Below, in pieces: positions 1 through 12,231 of a DNA stretch of 64,000 nucleotides. Within the stretch, counting starts at the first letter, position 1. Every line of letters begins with the position of its first letter. Below the pieces are notes generated by a model. The model was given only the letters and a program-made list of their open reading frames with translations, had not been told where the DNA came from and searched no databases. Source of the stretch: Lama guanicoe (Eukaryota); NCBI GenBank assembly GCA_013239625.1, contig MU053934.1:10455003-10519002 (forward strand), read 5' to 3'. The translations under genes and the position numbers were made by a program.

Positions 1-12
1 GTTTATTTGTTA

Positions 13-188
13 AAAAATTGATTTTAAAAATATTTTTTACTGAATTGTAGTTGATTAACAGTGTTAGTTTCAAGGGTACAGCAAAGTGATTCAGTTACAC
101 ATATACATACACATATATATGTTCTTTTCAGATTCTTTTCCATTATATGTTATTACAAGAAATTGAATATAGTTCCCTGGGCTCTACA
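13..188 (-). mobile_element. L1 3'UTR terminal fragment (cetartiodactyl-type)
   Basis: T-rich tail followed by 'gtagttgattaacagtgttagtttcaagggtacagcaaagtgattcagttacac...ttattacaagaaattgaatatagttccctg'. The same motif recurs in five other copies in the window. Confidence 0.85.
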
Positions 189-334
189 CTTGACCTACTC
201 AGAAATCTTAAGGGGCCTTTCTCCCTTTCAGGATAATATCCAAACACCTTTCAATGACATTTGGGGCCTCTGCACAGCTTGTTCCCAGCCTCTCTGTCCA
301 GCATCACAGCTCTGCAAAAATGGCAGAGGTTTAG

Positions 335-425
335 GGGCTCATTACCACGCCCCAGGCATTGTGCAGAACACTCGTGGTCTCATTTATTCCCCACGACAAA
401 CTTAGAAGGTATGATGATGGTGAGT
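335..425 (-). mobile_element. MIR SINE fragment
   Basis: 'ccaggcattgtgcagaacactc...tctcatttattccccacgacaaacttagaaggt' resembles the reverse MIR core. Confidence 0.6.
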
Positions 426-523
426 TTAATTAACTTCGAAATAATATTTGTTCGAAGAAAACACATCTCTCTCAGGACACATAGCTAGCAATTCAAAGAG
501 ACCAGATGCAAAACCCAGGCAGT

Positions 524-1046
524 CATATTTTTTTCCATTATGGTTTATTACAGGATATTGAATGTACTTCCCTGTGCTATATGGTAGCAATTTGTTGTTT
601 ATCTATTTTATATACAGTAGTTTGTATCTGTTAATCCCAAACTTCTAAATGATTCCTCCCCTACCCATTTTTCTCTTGCATAACCATAAGTTTGTTTTCT
701 ATGTTTGTGAATCTGTTTCTGTTTTTATAAATAAGTTCACTTGTATCATTTTTTAAAGATTCCACATATAAGTGATATCATATGATATTTTTCTTTCTCT
801 GTCTAGCTTACTTCACTTAATATGATCATCTCTAGGTCCATCCATATTGCTGCACATGGCATTATTTCATTCTTTTTTATGCCTGAGTAGTATGCCATTG
901 TATATATGTACCACGTCTTCTTTATCCAGTCATCTGTTGATGGACAGTTCGGTTGCTTCCATGTCTTGGCTATTGTAAATAGTGCTGCTATGAACATTGA
1001 GGTTCATATATCTTTTCAAATTAGGGTTTTCTTTGGATCTATGCTG
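524..1046 (-). mobile_element. L1 fragment: ORF2 C-terminus plus 3'UTR
   Basis: ORF 803..997(-) MFIAALFTIAKTWKQPNCPSTDDWIKKTWYIYTMAYYSGIKKNEIM...ILSEVS is the canonical L1 ORF2p C-terminus, followed by L1 3'UTR. Confidence 0.95.
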
Positions 1047-1259
1047 GGCCATCACATTTTAATGCACATGCTCTTCCCTCTTGACCTTCTGTGACTGACT
1101 CCTGCCACCCCTATCCTGCTGGCCACGATCTTATCTTCTCTAAATGCTGACTTTTTGTACTTCGTGCAATGGGCAATGTGCTCTCAAGCTTCCCCACGTC
1201 TTGCTCCTGATTCTAACCCTTCTGATATATCTTCTTCCATCCTTCCTGCTCCTTGAGAT

Positions 1260-2930
1260 TTTGCAAGTTTTCTTGTAAACAGCATATAGAGATAGATCTT
1301 TTAAAAATCCAGTTCAATCATCTTTGTCTTTTAACTGATGAATCTGGACTGTTTACATTTATTGTAATTGGCCATAAATCTTGATTCATTTCTATCATCT
1401 TTGTCTATTTCTCTTCCTTCTTCTGTTTCCTTTCTTACCATTTCTTCCTATGTATTATGGAATTTGTTTTGTTCATTCCATTTTTCCTCAGTGCGTTTTA
1501 GGAGGCTTTTGCACTTTTATTTATTTTATTTCAGTCGTTCCCCAAGAAGCCTTTACTTTTATACCCAACAAAGTAAAAAGTAGGTCATGAATCTGCCCTT
1601 TCCCCCAACAACTCAAGGGTCTCAGAATACTTTACCTTCCAGCATTCCCTTCTCTACTTAGGTGTGATTTTGTCCAAATGTTAAAAATTTGTATAATTTT
1701 AAGCCCCCAAATTGGGTCATTTTGGTGCTGTTTTTGGTGCTTTTGTTGTTGTTTAGAGTTTATGTAGCTTAACATTGTGTAGATTTATTTGCCCATTTAT
1801 CCATCTCTTTTCCCACCATTCCCTCTGGGATTCCCAAGTTATGGTTTTACATGACACTGATGGTTGTCCATCAAGGTAATTGATGGCACATCATCTTAAG
1901 TTATTTTACATCTGAAAAATGTCTTCATTTTCTATGGTTGTTAAATGATCGTTTTTCTGAGCATTCTGTTCTCTCTCTGAAACACGCTGAAGGTATAACT
2001 GCACTTTTTGGCATCCTCAGCTGCTGGTGAGAAATCAACCCTCACTCTGACTGTTGGTACTTTGTGGGTGGTATTTGTTTTCTTCTTGCTTCTTTGAATA
2101 TTTTTGTCTCTTTGATATTCTCCTTGCTTGTCCTGTGGTTTGCTGTGATGTATTTGTGTGTGGACTTCTCTTTAGAAATATATTCTTGTTGTGTTTGGTT
2201 AGACTGCCCAAATCTGCCTTTCTTCTGTTTCTGAAAACTCCTACCCAGCACCTAATGAGTCTGGCCTCTCCCCCTCCTCCGTATTCGCACCTTGTAGAAC
2301 TCTGATTGCATCCCCTCCCCGCTCTGTCCCCCACTAACCAGCTTTCACCTCCATCACATCTTTTTGTGCTGTGCTACAGCTTTCCTTCCAGTTTAATAAT
2401 TGTTCTGTCAGCTGTGTATAATCTGCTATAACCTGTCTGTTGCGTGTTTTATTCCAATTATTATCTTTTATTTTTTCAATTTCTAGAACTTCTAGTTGCT
2501 TTTCAAATCTGCACCCTTCTTTTTCAGGGTCTTTTGTACTTTCTGCATATTTAAAGTGTTATTTCTTGAAGCATATTTCACATGCTTATTCTTTAGTCTG
2601 GCTTTTACAGACGCAATAGCTGGAGTCTTTGTGCTGCGATTCTGCTGCCTCCTGCCCCTGCTGGCTCTCATGCATGCAGCCTGCCTTTTTGTTTATTCTG
2701 TGATTTTTGACCAAGGCTCATTTTCCTTATAACTTTACAAGTGAGAATTGTGTGAGGCCTGCGTTGAAGGTGTGTTCTGTATTTGATTCTGTAGGGGCTT
2801 TGGGTTGCACAGCTCAGGATAGGACAACTTTAAAATAATCTCTCACTTGAGTTTTTTTTTTTTTTTCCTTTTTAACACAGTTGGTATGAGTTGAGGCTGC
2901 AAAACCACGTGGGGACTTGCTTGGGGTTCC
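1260..2930 (-). mobile_element. Ancient L1M/HAL1-like fragment (ORF1-side)
   Basis: T-rich degenerate L1 antisense motifs: 'tttcttgtaaacagcatatag', 'gactgtttacatttattgtaatt', 'catctgaaaaatgtcttcatttt', 'ggtgagaaatcaacc'. Boundaries approximate. Confidence 0.65.
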
Positions 2931-3249
2931 AAAGAATCAGGGGAGATTTTGATTTTCCATCCACTTAACACCAAATTGGAACCAAAGTAGATTCTTTGTT
3001 GTCTTTACCTGAGGTCTTTCCAGGTCAGTGTTATATGAAGGCGCAGCCCTTGGAGGACCAGCTTCTCGTAGGGTACTCTCGACTCTGTGCTTTAAGAGCT
3101 GTCCATGCGGGAAGCACCTCCAGTTCACTTCTCATTACTGTGTGTGGTTTTGTAAGAAGCAGTTACCTCCTGCTGTTCATCCATCCCTGCAGATGGGCAC
3201 TTGGGGGAGAGTAAAAGGGTCAGACTGGCACTTTAAAGCTGTTCTTTTC

Positions 3250-4092
3250 AGGCAGGGTGGAAATTGGTTTTGGTGGGATGGGACTTAGAATAGTGACACT
3301 GGACTCAGACTCATTTGATTTGGTTTTAATGGCTAGCTGAGCATCTGGGGCAGCTGGATGAGTGAGCCGCTCGGAGGGGGGTCTGTCCTGCATCTCAGTG
3401 CTGGTGGGCCTCGTTGGCTTCTCTCCTGTGGCACCAGGCGCTCTCCGCTTCAGGCTGGAGCTGTAGCATCTGTCCTAGGGGGTCTCCACCATGGAGGAAG
3501 GTACTACTCCTCCATGCTTCTCCACTTGCATTTACTGACTTCCATGGGAACTGAAGACACTCTGAGCAGGAGCAGAAGTCACTCGTGTCTATGTGGGCAT
3601 AGAGAGCTGGGTCTGCTGGACTAATGGATCCAGCTGGGACCCTTTGGGTGGGAGGGTGAGGATGCGCAGAGTCAGAAGTCAGGTTGTGAGGAGGGTGGGT
3701 GGAGCCTGCCTTAGACAGCTTTTGCTAAATTGTGCCATGGCAACACACAACTGTCGCATCCAGTGTCTCACCACAAAAAGTCTTACTTCATATTATATGT
3801 CGGGTGTGACCTGCCTGTGGCTCTGCTCCTTGTATCTTCTCTCTTCTGGGAACCAGGTAGAGGGAGGAGCTATTTGTTCGGGTTTTCCATTCTTAAAGCA
3901 GAGGGAAAAGTGCGAAGGGCTGATGGAAACATGCAGTGTCCTTAAAGCTCTCTGCTCAAGTTTAATGGGTAAAGCAAGTGACGTGGCCCACAGGGTGGGG
4001 GGTGGAATACATGCCCCCTCCCCTGGGGAGACACCACAGGTCACATGGTGACAGGGATAACTGTGACAACTTGGAAAACATGACTTGATCTA
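3250..4092 (-). mobile_element. Old MaLR (MLT1-type) LTR remnants, probably two adjacent copies
   Basis: MLT1-like antisense motifs 'gttggcttctctcc', 'catgcagtgtccttaaagctctctgctc', 'aaagcaagtgacgtggccc'. Confidence 0.5.
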
Positions 4093-4458
4093 CAGCAGAA
4101 CCCAAGGAATGCTCCCCAGGCGGTGAGGAGCAGGGCCAGGAGGCAGCTGGAAGGTCCACGGGGATGGTTTGGGCACAGTGTGGGTCTGGGATGCAAACGA
4201 ATTCTGACCCCACGATCCTGTGGCTACAGAAAAGGCAGGAAGGGCCACGTCAGGAAGCCCACAGCACTTCAGAGCGTAGGCACCACTGCTGGGGCCCTTC
4301 CCAATGGCCTGTAACCTGGCATGGAGACTTCTGTGTAAGGACAGGAGCTGTGTCTCATGGGGACAGTCTGGATGGGACAGTCTGGATGGGACAGCTGGAG
4401 GAGATGGCGGGCTGTGGAGCAACAGGCCAGCCTGCTGGGGCAACTCATCCTGATTTAT

Positions 4459-4897
4459 TGGGTCAGTCGGGGTTCTTCAGAGAAACAGAACCAATGAGAG
4501 AATGAGAATGAGAGAGAGAGAGAGGGAGGGAGGGAGAGATTTATTTTAAGGAACTGGCTCACATCATTAAGGAAGGTGGTAAATCCAAAATACGCAGGGT
4601 GGGCGGGCAGGCTGGAGGCCCTGGGAGGAGCTGGTGTTGCAGCTCATGTTCAAAGCCCGTTTGCTGGCAGGGCTCCCTCTTAGTTGGAGGAGGTCAGTCT
4701 TTGGTCCATTCGGGTCTTCCCCTGATTGGGCGAGGCCCACCCAAATCGTGGACAGGCATCTGCTTCACTCAAATTTAAACATTAATTTAAATTTAAATAT
4801 TAATCTTGTCCAAAAGACACCATCACTACCACACCCAGAATAGCGTCTGACCAAACATCTGGCCCAGCCACACGGACATACACCACTGACCACCACA
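4459..4897 (-). mobile_element. MLT2 (ERVL) solo LTR
   Basis: Begins 'tgggtcagtcggggttcttcagagaaacagaaccaa', then (GA)n and 'gatttattttaaggaactggctcac', 'ctgattgggcgaggcccacc'; ends 'gaccaccaca'. All are hallmark MLT2 antisense motifs. Confidence 0.9.
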
Positions 4898-6199
4898 TTC
4901 AGGAAGCCAAGAGAGGCTGGCTGGGGGTGGGAGATGCTTTCCGTGAGCAGGTGAGGCTTGGAGCCAATGCGCTGAGCAGACTTCATCCACATCCAGCAGA
5001 GGGTGATGAGGGGGACATCTGATCTCTTACGGTCCCTTGTGTTGTTGGTCGGCCCTCCCTGCAGACCGAGGGCCCCTAGAGCCAGAGCCCACTCCTCCAG
5101 GGGACCCTGCAGGGGCTGGTCCAGGTCCGCACCCACACATGCTGCTACACGTTCTCGCAGATTTTCTTTGACTCGACTGTGTCCTGCTAGTGGCTAGAGG
5201 AGCCTGCTTTCGCTCCCCCTGCCCCTGTCACCTGGCTCGCTGTACACACACGTGTGGGGCACTGCTGGTGCAAGAGGCCAGCCAGGCCCCGAGGGAGGTG
5301 TCTGCTCGGAGCGGCACAGGCACATGGGAGGGCGGGCCCAGGTCCCCTGCTAGTAGGCGTGCAGACCCGCTCCTGCCCCTGGACCTCCTGGCTCCTCTGC
5401 CAGACGTGATGCAGGAGCCACAGTCCTGCGGGGAGAGGATGCCTGGGAGGGAGGAGCCACTTCTCTGCCCTTCATCGTTTGCACCCGTTCCCGCATCAGG
5501 GAGCGCAGTGGGAGGGAGCGTTGTATTCCTGAGTGCCGTTCACAGGAGGCTCCTGCGTGCTCAGAGCCACTCCGGCCTGTCCCCCACTTGTGAAGCGCTC
5601 CAGCCAGGCGTCCCAGGCTCTGCACAGTCGGTCACCCCCCATCCAGCCTGCATTTGGGCTGTCCCGCCGTCTCCTGCTCTAGGTCCCCCACTGTCATGAA
5701 TGAAATGCTTTGCTTCCCCCGCTGTCACCGGGGTTCTCCCCTTGGTCTGGGAAATTCTCTTCTTTCCTTTACCTGACGAAATCCTATTAACTTCTGTGAG
5801 CGTGAATCCAGTCTCCTTGAGGAAGCCTTCTATGAACGCCCAGGCTGGACTGAGTGTCTTTCTCTGAGCCCCAGGGACGCCCTGACCTTCCTCAACGGTA
5901 CCTGAATGTGCTGCACTTCCGCAGTTTACATGTGTCCTCACCGGGGCGTGGGGGCTGGGAGCTGTGCCCGGCTCTCGGTTCCCATCCCAGGTCTGCAGTG
6001 TCCCAGGCGCTCCAGAGCTGACTGCGGGAGGGGACGGTGGTCCCGCCCTATGCGGGACAGGAGGGCGGGCTGCCCACAGGGGTCGCGTCCTCTCCCTCCC
6101 AGGAGCCGCTTCCACGGCTGTGAAGAGCCCCAGATGCTGAAGAAGCACGGTGAGAGCTGATGGTACCGGCCAGGGGTGCTCGACACCACGGCGGCGGGG

Positions 6200-6420
6200 C
6201 CCTGCGGGGGTATTTATTTGTCTCATAACCGCAGAAATGGAATCCTGTTTCCTCGCTTACATTTATGAGTAAAGTGTCCTCTTAGGTTGTTCAAAACAGC
6301 AAGTTTTAGACCATTAAGGGTTTTTTTTTTATTTTACCTTTTATTGGAGTTTAAATAACCAGGTGAGCTTGAGCACAGCGCGGGTGATCATGAGGCAGTA
6401 AAAGGCGTTTAGTGTGCTCT
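6200..6420. promoter_or_regulatory. Candidate conserved non-coding element (AT-rich island)
   Basis: Non-repeat AT-rich block between CpG-rich flanks; TTTTATTGG at 6339-6347, also TTTATGA and TATTTATTT. Confidence 0.35.
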
Positions 6421-6689
6421 CGGGGCCGGCAGCGGGGGCCGGCAGCCAGCGGGAGAGGCAGCCTGCCGGCATCGACTCGGAGCGCAGCGTTTATCTAACC
6501 TTTCCTCTTAATGGAGTAACTCGTGGAAACAAGAGGATGGAGGCGAGGAGCTCGCACGCTGGCTGCGGTGATTCTCCAGGGTAGGGCAGGGCAGGGCAGC
6601 CCCAGCTGTGGACGGCCCCCCTCCCTGCCGTGCTGCACGGAGCGGCGTCCTCCTGCGGCCGACCGGGGAGCAGGCACGGGTGGGTGCTG

Positions 6690-6860
6690 GGGGTCTGGGA
6701 TTCGAATCCCAGCTTCCCAGCAGCTGACCTTGAAATCCCCCGCATCTCAGCGCGACGGGAATGAGAGTAGCTCTCTCAGGTGTGTTACGACAGTGGATGG
6801 GCCAATGAATATAAAGTTGCCCTCACAGTGAATACAATTATAGAAATGTTAACTATTTCT
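6690..6860 (+). mobile_element. MIR SINE
   Basis: 'ctgggattcgaatcccagcttcc...gctgaccttg...gggaatgagagtagctctctcaggtgtgttac...aaatgttaactatt' follows the MIR layout. Confidence 0.7.
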
Positions 6861-7697
6861 TAAAATGGCATTTTATCACATCCTTCACCAATACTTACAC
6901 TGCTGGAGAAGAGGGAAGGGATGGAGTTGAGGACAGCTATGCTTGGAGCCTGGACAAAAAATACAGGGTCGTCAGCGCATCCCACTTTGCTGCAGTCTGC
7001 TTTTCCCCTTTGCGTGAACAGTTCCCTGGTTTCTTTATGATGGTAACACCTGCTCTGACGTCCCGGCGGCTGCAGTCATCTTGCGTTCCCCTTAGAGAGC
7101 TGGAGAGGCGTCCTCACCTTTACTCTTTCCTGCGCGGACGCCATGCACCTGCGGCGCTTGGCTTGTGCTGATGATGATCCTGGTGAGGACACAGACATCT
7201 GAATGATGAACTTGCACCCGAGGTGTAGGAGCGCCCGGACCCACTTGGGACGGTGCAGGGCGATGTAAGGGCACTGCCTGCCACGAGCTGCAAGGCTCGC
7301 AGGAAGACGGGAAGAGCTCTGGGTGATGCATCCAGAAGCAAACTTCAGATCTCCTCTGCTCTCCTTGCTGGGGGGGACCCCGACTGTCTCTTGTGTTGGG
7401 GGATGTTGTGATCACGGAAGAGAGGGCTAGACTGGGAGGCAATTAAGAAGAAGGTGGGGAGTGGGTATCCTGGGATGGTGAGAGCCTTGTGTGGGAGATG
7501 CTGAGATGGCGAGAAGGATGTGTGAATGGACAGCAGGAGGAGATGAGTGGGTTCTTCACCACACACTTTACGCCAAGACGAATTGCTCTGTGCCAGAGCT
7601 CCGTGCCAAATCCTGGAGATGTACAAGAAGTCAGTTTCATGGGCCCCTGTTTTGTCGTGGTAAGTCACATAGCAGTTGTCAACACTCCATTCGTTCA

Positions 7698-8013
7698 TTT
7701 TTTAAATTGAAGTACAGTCGGTTTACAATGTTGTGTCACTTTCTGGTGTACAGCACAGTGCCCCAGCCACACGTGAGTATACGTATGTCCGTGTTCACAT
7801 TCCTTTTCACCGCAGGCTGCCACAAGATATCGAATATAGTTCCCTGGGCGACACAGCACAAGCCTGTCCGTCTGTCTTATGCACACCAGTCAGTATCTGC
7901 AAATCTCGAACTCCCAATCCACCCCCCACACCCGCTTCCACCTTGGCAACCACAAGCCTGTTCTCTATGTCTGTGAATCCGCCTCTGTCCTACAAACCAG
8001 CTCATGTGTCTGT
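7698..8013 (-). mobile_element. L1 3'UTR fragment (camelid-type), strongly GC-shifted
   Basis: 'tttttaaattgaagtacagtcggtttacaatg...gaatatagttccctggg...ggcaaccacaagcctgttctctatgtctgtgaatc'; aligns to the copy at 9571-9704. Confidence 0.9.
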
Positions 8014-9375
8014 TATTCATTCTTCTAACACGTGTTTGCTAGGTCCTGCCCCTGCCTGGCCATCGCTGGCCAGTGGGACACAAAGATGGAGACGTGACTG
8101 ATACTTACATGTGAACAAATAATTTAAGTAAAATATGATAAGCGTTCTAAACCAGTTATAAGCAGGGGCTAGTGATGTGGACACAAAGGGCATTTATTCA
8201 TTTGATGCTTGCTGAGCACGTACTGTGCTCTCAGGAAGACAGACACCATCCCTGACCTCATGTGTACAGTCTAGCAAAGGAACAAAATATACAGCAGGAG
8301 GGTGAGATGTATTTCAGTAGAAGGCCAGGGTAAGGAAGGGGGACAAGCTGGGGTGACTTCCAGGTGGAGTGGCTGAGATTGTCTCTGTGAGAAGAGGGCT
8401 ATGAGTAAAGATCTCAGGCAAGTGAGAGAGTGAGGCAAAGGGATACTTGAGAGAGAAGTGTTCCAGGTGGGGAGACAGCAAGTGCAAAGGTCCTGAGGTG
8501 GGAGTGTGCCTGCGGGCCTGAGGCAAACCAAAGGGACCAGTGTTGTTACAGCAGGCAGATAGCTAGAAACGAGTAGAGAAAGGCGGACACAGACCAAATG
8601 GCAGGACCTGGGCAGAAAGGAGGAGCACAAGCCACGTGCAGGAGAGCACACATCTGTAAGCACCAGGGGTCCCTGGGCAGAGACAGAGAAGCAGGAACCT
8701 TGGGGCTGATAAGTGGTCACAGCTTTTGGGGTGATGAGTGGCCTGGAGACAAACTACGAAAGGTAAGAAAAGGCAGCAGTCTCCAGTGTCCGAATGTAAC
8801 CTTTCTGCTCATTATGCCCTCATTTCGATAAAAGTAGCCTTGCAGATCAGAAGTGCCCATCAGGCACCAACGCCATGACACTTCCGATCCAGACCAAATA
8901 AGGACAGAAATCCCTCCTCCCTTTGGGAAGGTGGCGTTGGGGTGAAAATCAGGGAACACGACCCCAAACTCTTCCCGCCCCAGTGAATATTCCGCCCATT
9001 CATTTTTACACCCTGTGTAACTAACCTGCCGAAGAAACACAGGGCAGCCGCTCACCCGAGCCTGCCCGCTCTCCGCTTGAGAGGGTACTATCCATCCTTT
9101 AATAAATCTTCACTTTACTTTTTTTAACCACTACGTCTTATCTCTGAATTTTTTCTGCGATGATATGAGAACCCGGAACACCAACTGCATCTACTGGCAA
9201 CAGTGTGACTGAGCACAGTGGGGGTGGGGCGGAGCAGGAGGAGGTGGGGTCAGAGAGACTGTGAGGGGCCAGGCCACGGCATGAAGCACTGGTGGCTTTG
9301 AGCAGAAGAACGATGCCATGTGAGTTAAGGGTTTTAAAGTCTCGCCGTGACCACACAGCTGATACTGCATGGCGT
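8013..9375 (-). mobile_element. L2 3' fragment(s), interrupted by the LTR at 8544-9202
   Basis: L2 antisense motifs 'gtgttccaggtggggagacagcaagtgcaaaggtcctgaggtggga' and 'gaccagtgt|gactgagcacagtg...gaggtggggtcagagag' are continuous across the LTR. Confidence 0.8.
8544..9202 (+). mobile_element. Solo LTR, ERV1-class (659 bp)
   Basis: Termini TGTT...AACA, identical 4-bp flanking duplication GTGT (8540-8543 and 9203-9206), AATAAA at 9101-9106 followed by a T-rich U5. Confidence 0.9.
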
Positions 9376-9409
9376 TTCATGATCCAGTCGTGCCCACTCC
9401 CTTGGCTGT

Positions 9410-9900
9410 ACCCTCAACTCTCTTGCCCCTCTTTCGTTTCATCATCCTCACTTGGGCCAAACCACATCTCTGATCATCTCCAACTATATACCTACTCACC
9501 TGCACCTGCTCAGGTGAGTGTAGCTGGAGAAAAATGCAGCACCATGCTGAAAGGTCTCATTTTAAATTCTTTTTAAAATTAAAGTACAGTCAGTTACAAT
9601 GTTTCAGTTTCTGGCATGTAGCACAATGTCCCAGTCATGGAAATATATATAGATTTTTTTCATATTCTTTTTTATTAAAGGTTATTACAAGATATTGAAT
9701 ATAGTCACTTTAAACTCTTGATCCCTACCTTTAAGTGGGCTCTTGAAACTGCCCAGAAATTTCCACCACATTTTCCAGTCCATTCTCTCTCCTGCTTTCC
9801 TAGATGACTTTCCCTCCTCTTTCCTCCTCACATTCCCAACACCTCCTGGCTCCCCCTCTCATCCTAGGGCCTTGCTTAGTATTGCACTTTAAATACATGC
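9410..9900 (+). mobile_element. L2 internal fragment, split by a short L1
   Basis: 'gtgtagctggagaaaaatgcagcaccatgctga...tcattttaaattc' resumes as 'tcactttaaactcttgatccctacctttaagtgggctcttg'; C/T-rich L2-like sequence. Confidence 0.6.
9571..9704 (-). mobile_element. 5'-truncated L1 3' end with target-site duplication
   Basis: Flanked by tcattttaaattct (9557-9570) and tcactttaaactct (9705-9718), 12/14 identical. Confidence 0.9.
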
Positions 9901-10260
9901 TCCCATGGACAGTTCTCCAAAGAAATATTATTTGCCTTAGTATATTCTCACTTAACTTTTAAACCAGCAGGTAGGAGGGAGAAAAAAAAACCCACAAGGC
10001 AATTCCAAATCTACTATGATAGCTGTGCTCAATCTAATTGCAATGAAATTGTAGCTGATTTAATTATCGGCATTTGGAAAAATAAATTTTGCTTGATACA
10101 TATGTGTTACATGGAGATCCAAAAGAGCTGCAAATTCCAGTAAGTGATTAGTTCATTATGTAGACTAATTGCTTTTACAGTTATAAATAAATTCAGAACA
10201 TCACAGACCTAAAGCAGACACCTGTGGGCTAATTGCTTTTCTGAGAGCTGTTTCCATGGC
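9900..10260. promoter_or_regulatory. Candidate conserved enhancer (homeodomain-motif cluster)
   Basis: Non-repeat AT-rich block with CTAATTG at 10034, 10165 and 10229, plus TGATTTAATTA at 10056-10066. Confidence 0.5.
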
Positions 10261-11464
10261 TGCAGAGCAGACGTTCCACCACCCACAGACAGGATGGTAC
10301 AGGTGGATCCCAGAGACATATTTCAGAGAGGGCACACTCACGCCAGGGCTTTGCAACAACAGGCTCCAGCACTGCAAGTCTCTGGACAGCTCCACCCCAA
10401 AGACTCTGCACTAACTCAGGATTCCAGAAGCATGCTAATTAGGTCCGGAAAGGACGTAGGGAAAAAAAAGCGCTGGTGAGGACACTGGGCCTCAGAGACT
10501 TTAAGTAGCATCCTCAATCCCCCACGGTAGATAAGGCAACAAAGTGGAGCTGGCGCCCTGGCTCACTTGAACCCAAATTCTTAGCTTTTTTCCTGTACAA
10601 TGGCAATTGGTGGAAACAATGCTTCCTGGGGAACATTTTTAAAAGAAACTAATGACCAAAACTCTGGATGCTTTAGTTAAATATGTGCATTTTAAAAGGC
10701 TTGCTTCTGCCTGAATTTGCATAATGGTCTTTTCCCACAGGCCAAAGTTACCTTTTACTCTGTTTAATAGACTCAATGTTGCATTATTAAGAACCATATG
10801 CAAAATGATGACCTCAGGAAGCTCCTCTCCCCAACATGACTTCTTCCCTGATCACTCACCTGTGACCTCTGTGGCCCCGTCAGCCTCCTGATGGGGCTGT
10901 AAGTGTTTCTTTGGTCCAGGTGTCTAAATGGAGCCTCATTACCTGATGAATCCCCAGGGCTGGGAGAAGAAAGCCTGAATGGTGTAGAAATGACCTTCCT
11001 TTCTGAGCCTTGAGCACACACAAGCCCTTTCATCAGAATTTAGCACAAGCAAGACCATTTCTTTTCCTTTCCTTTTCCTTTTTATTTTGAAACAATCTCA
11101 AACTTGCCAGAAAGAAGTTGCAAAAATAGTGCCCATCACTGGAAGACCCTACTCAAGTTTCACCAGTTGTCCCAACGATGCCCTTTAATAGCAGAAGAAC
11201 CCAATTCAGGACCACTCATCACAGCCTCTTACAATCTCTCTTTAGGATCTTTCTGGAATAGTTCCTTGACTTTCATGACCTTGGTATGTTTTCAGACGAC
11301 AGGCTGGTCATTTTGTAGTATGTCCATTAATTTGGGGTTGTCTGATGGTTCCCTATGATTGGACCCAGGTTACGTATCTTTATCCAGAATATTACACACA
11401 CTCTGCTGTGTACATCTCATTACATCTTATCAGGCGTCATGTTATCGATGATAACTTTCATCAC

Positions 11465-11993
11465 TGTTGCAGTTAGCTATTGCTGTGTGACAAACAACCC
11501 CAGCACTTAGCAGCGTAAAACAACCATTGTATAAGCTTGATGGTTTCTGTGTATTGGGACTTCAGGGAAGCCTCAGCTGGGAGTTCAGATTTGGGATCTC
11601 TTATGTGGTGACAGTGAGAGGTGGCTACAACTGGTGGCTGGACCTTTCTCCCTCTCTTGCTTCCTATAGTCTTAGGACCACTCCATGCAGGCCAGTTTAG
11701 ACTTTCCCAGAGCATGCCATTCCAGGGCTGTTGGACTCCTGACAGGGCACCTGGCTTCCTCAGAGTGCATGTTCTAAGAACACAAAGTCGAAGTGCATAG
11801 CATTTTGATGACCTAGCCTCAGGTGTCACACTTCCACCATATTCTGTTGGCCGAGGAAGTCACTAGACCAATCCATGTTCAAAGGGAGGGGACAGACCTC
11901 ACCCTGCGATGGGGGAGTGTCAGGTCCTGCAAGAAGGGCAGGTAGGATGGGAGATACTGTAAAAGGCATCTTTGGAAAATACAATCTGTCACA
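11465..11993 (-). mobile_element. MLT1 (MLT1F-like) MaLR solo LTR
   Basis: Starts 'tgttgcagttagctattgctgtgtgacaaacaaccccagcacttag', ends 'catctttggaaaatacaatctgtcaca'; inserted in the L1MC4-like element. Confidence 0.85.
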
Positions 11994-12231
11994 TTATTTG
12001 ATTGAGACAGTATCTGTCAGGCTTCTTTTCTGTTAGGTTACTGCTTTTTTTTTCCTGGTTTGTTTTTGCAGTTTATAAGTATTTGGGAGATACTGTGAGA
12101 TTGTATGAAATAATATTCCTCATTCCATTTTCACCTATTAGTTTTATCATGTCTTGATAGCTCTTATTTGAATTACTTATTTCTGTATAGGTCGATAAGT
12201 GACAATTTTTAAATTTTATCATTTTCTACTT

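Noticed and set aside
4360..4397. 15-bp direct repeat gggacagtctggatg
   Set aside because: Only about 2.5 adjacent units with no spacers, so a microduplication and not CRISPR-like.
4771..4806. AT-only palindrome / 18-bp tandem repeat
   Set aside because: A small slippage duplication inside the MLT2 LTR with no sign of function.
7698..8013. ADAR hyper-editing of L1 RNA as the cause of the T->C excess
   Set aside because: A->G and A->C changes also occur on the same strand, and a similar GC shift affects non-L1 and opposite-strand elements. Strand-symmetric W->S change fits gBGC better.
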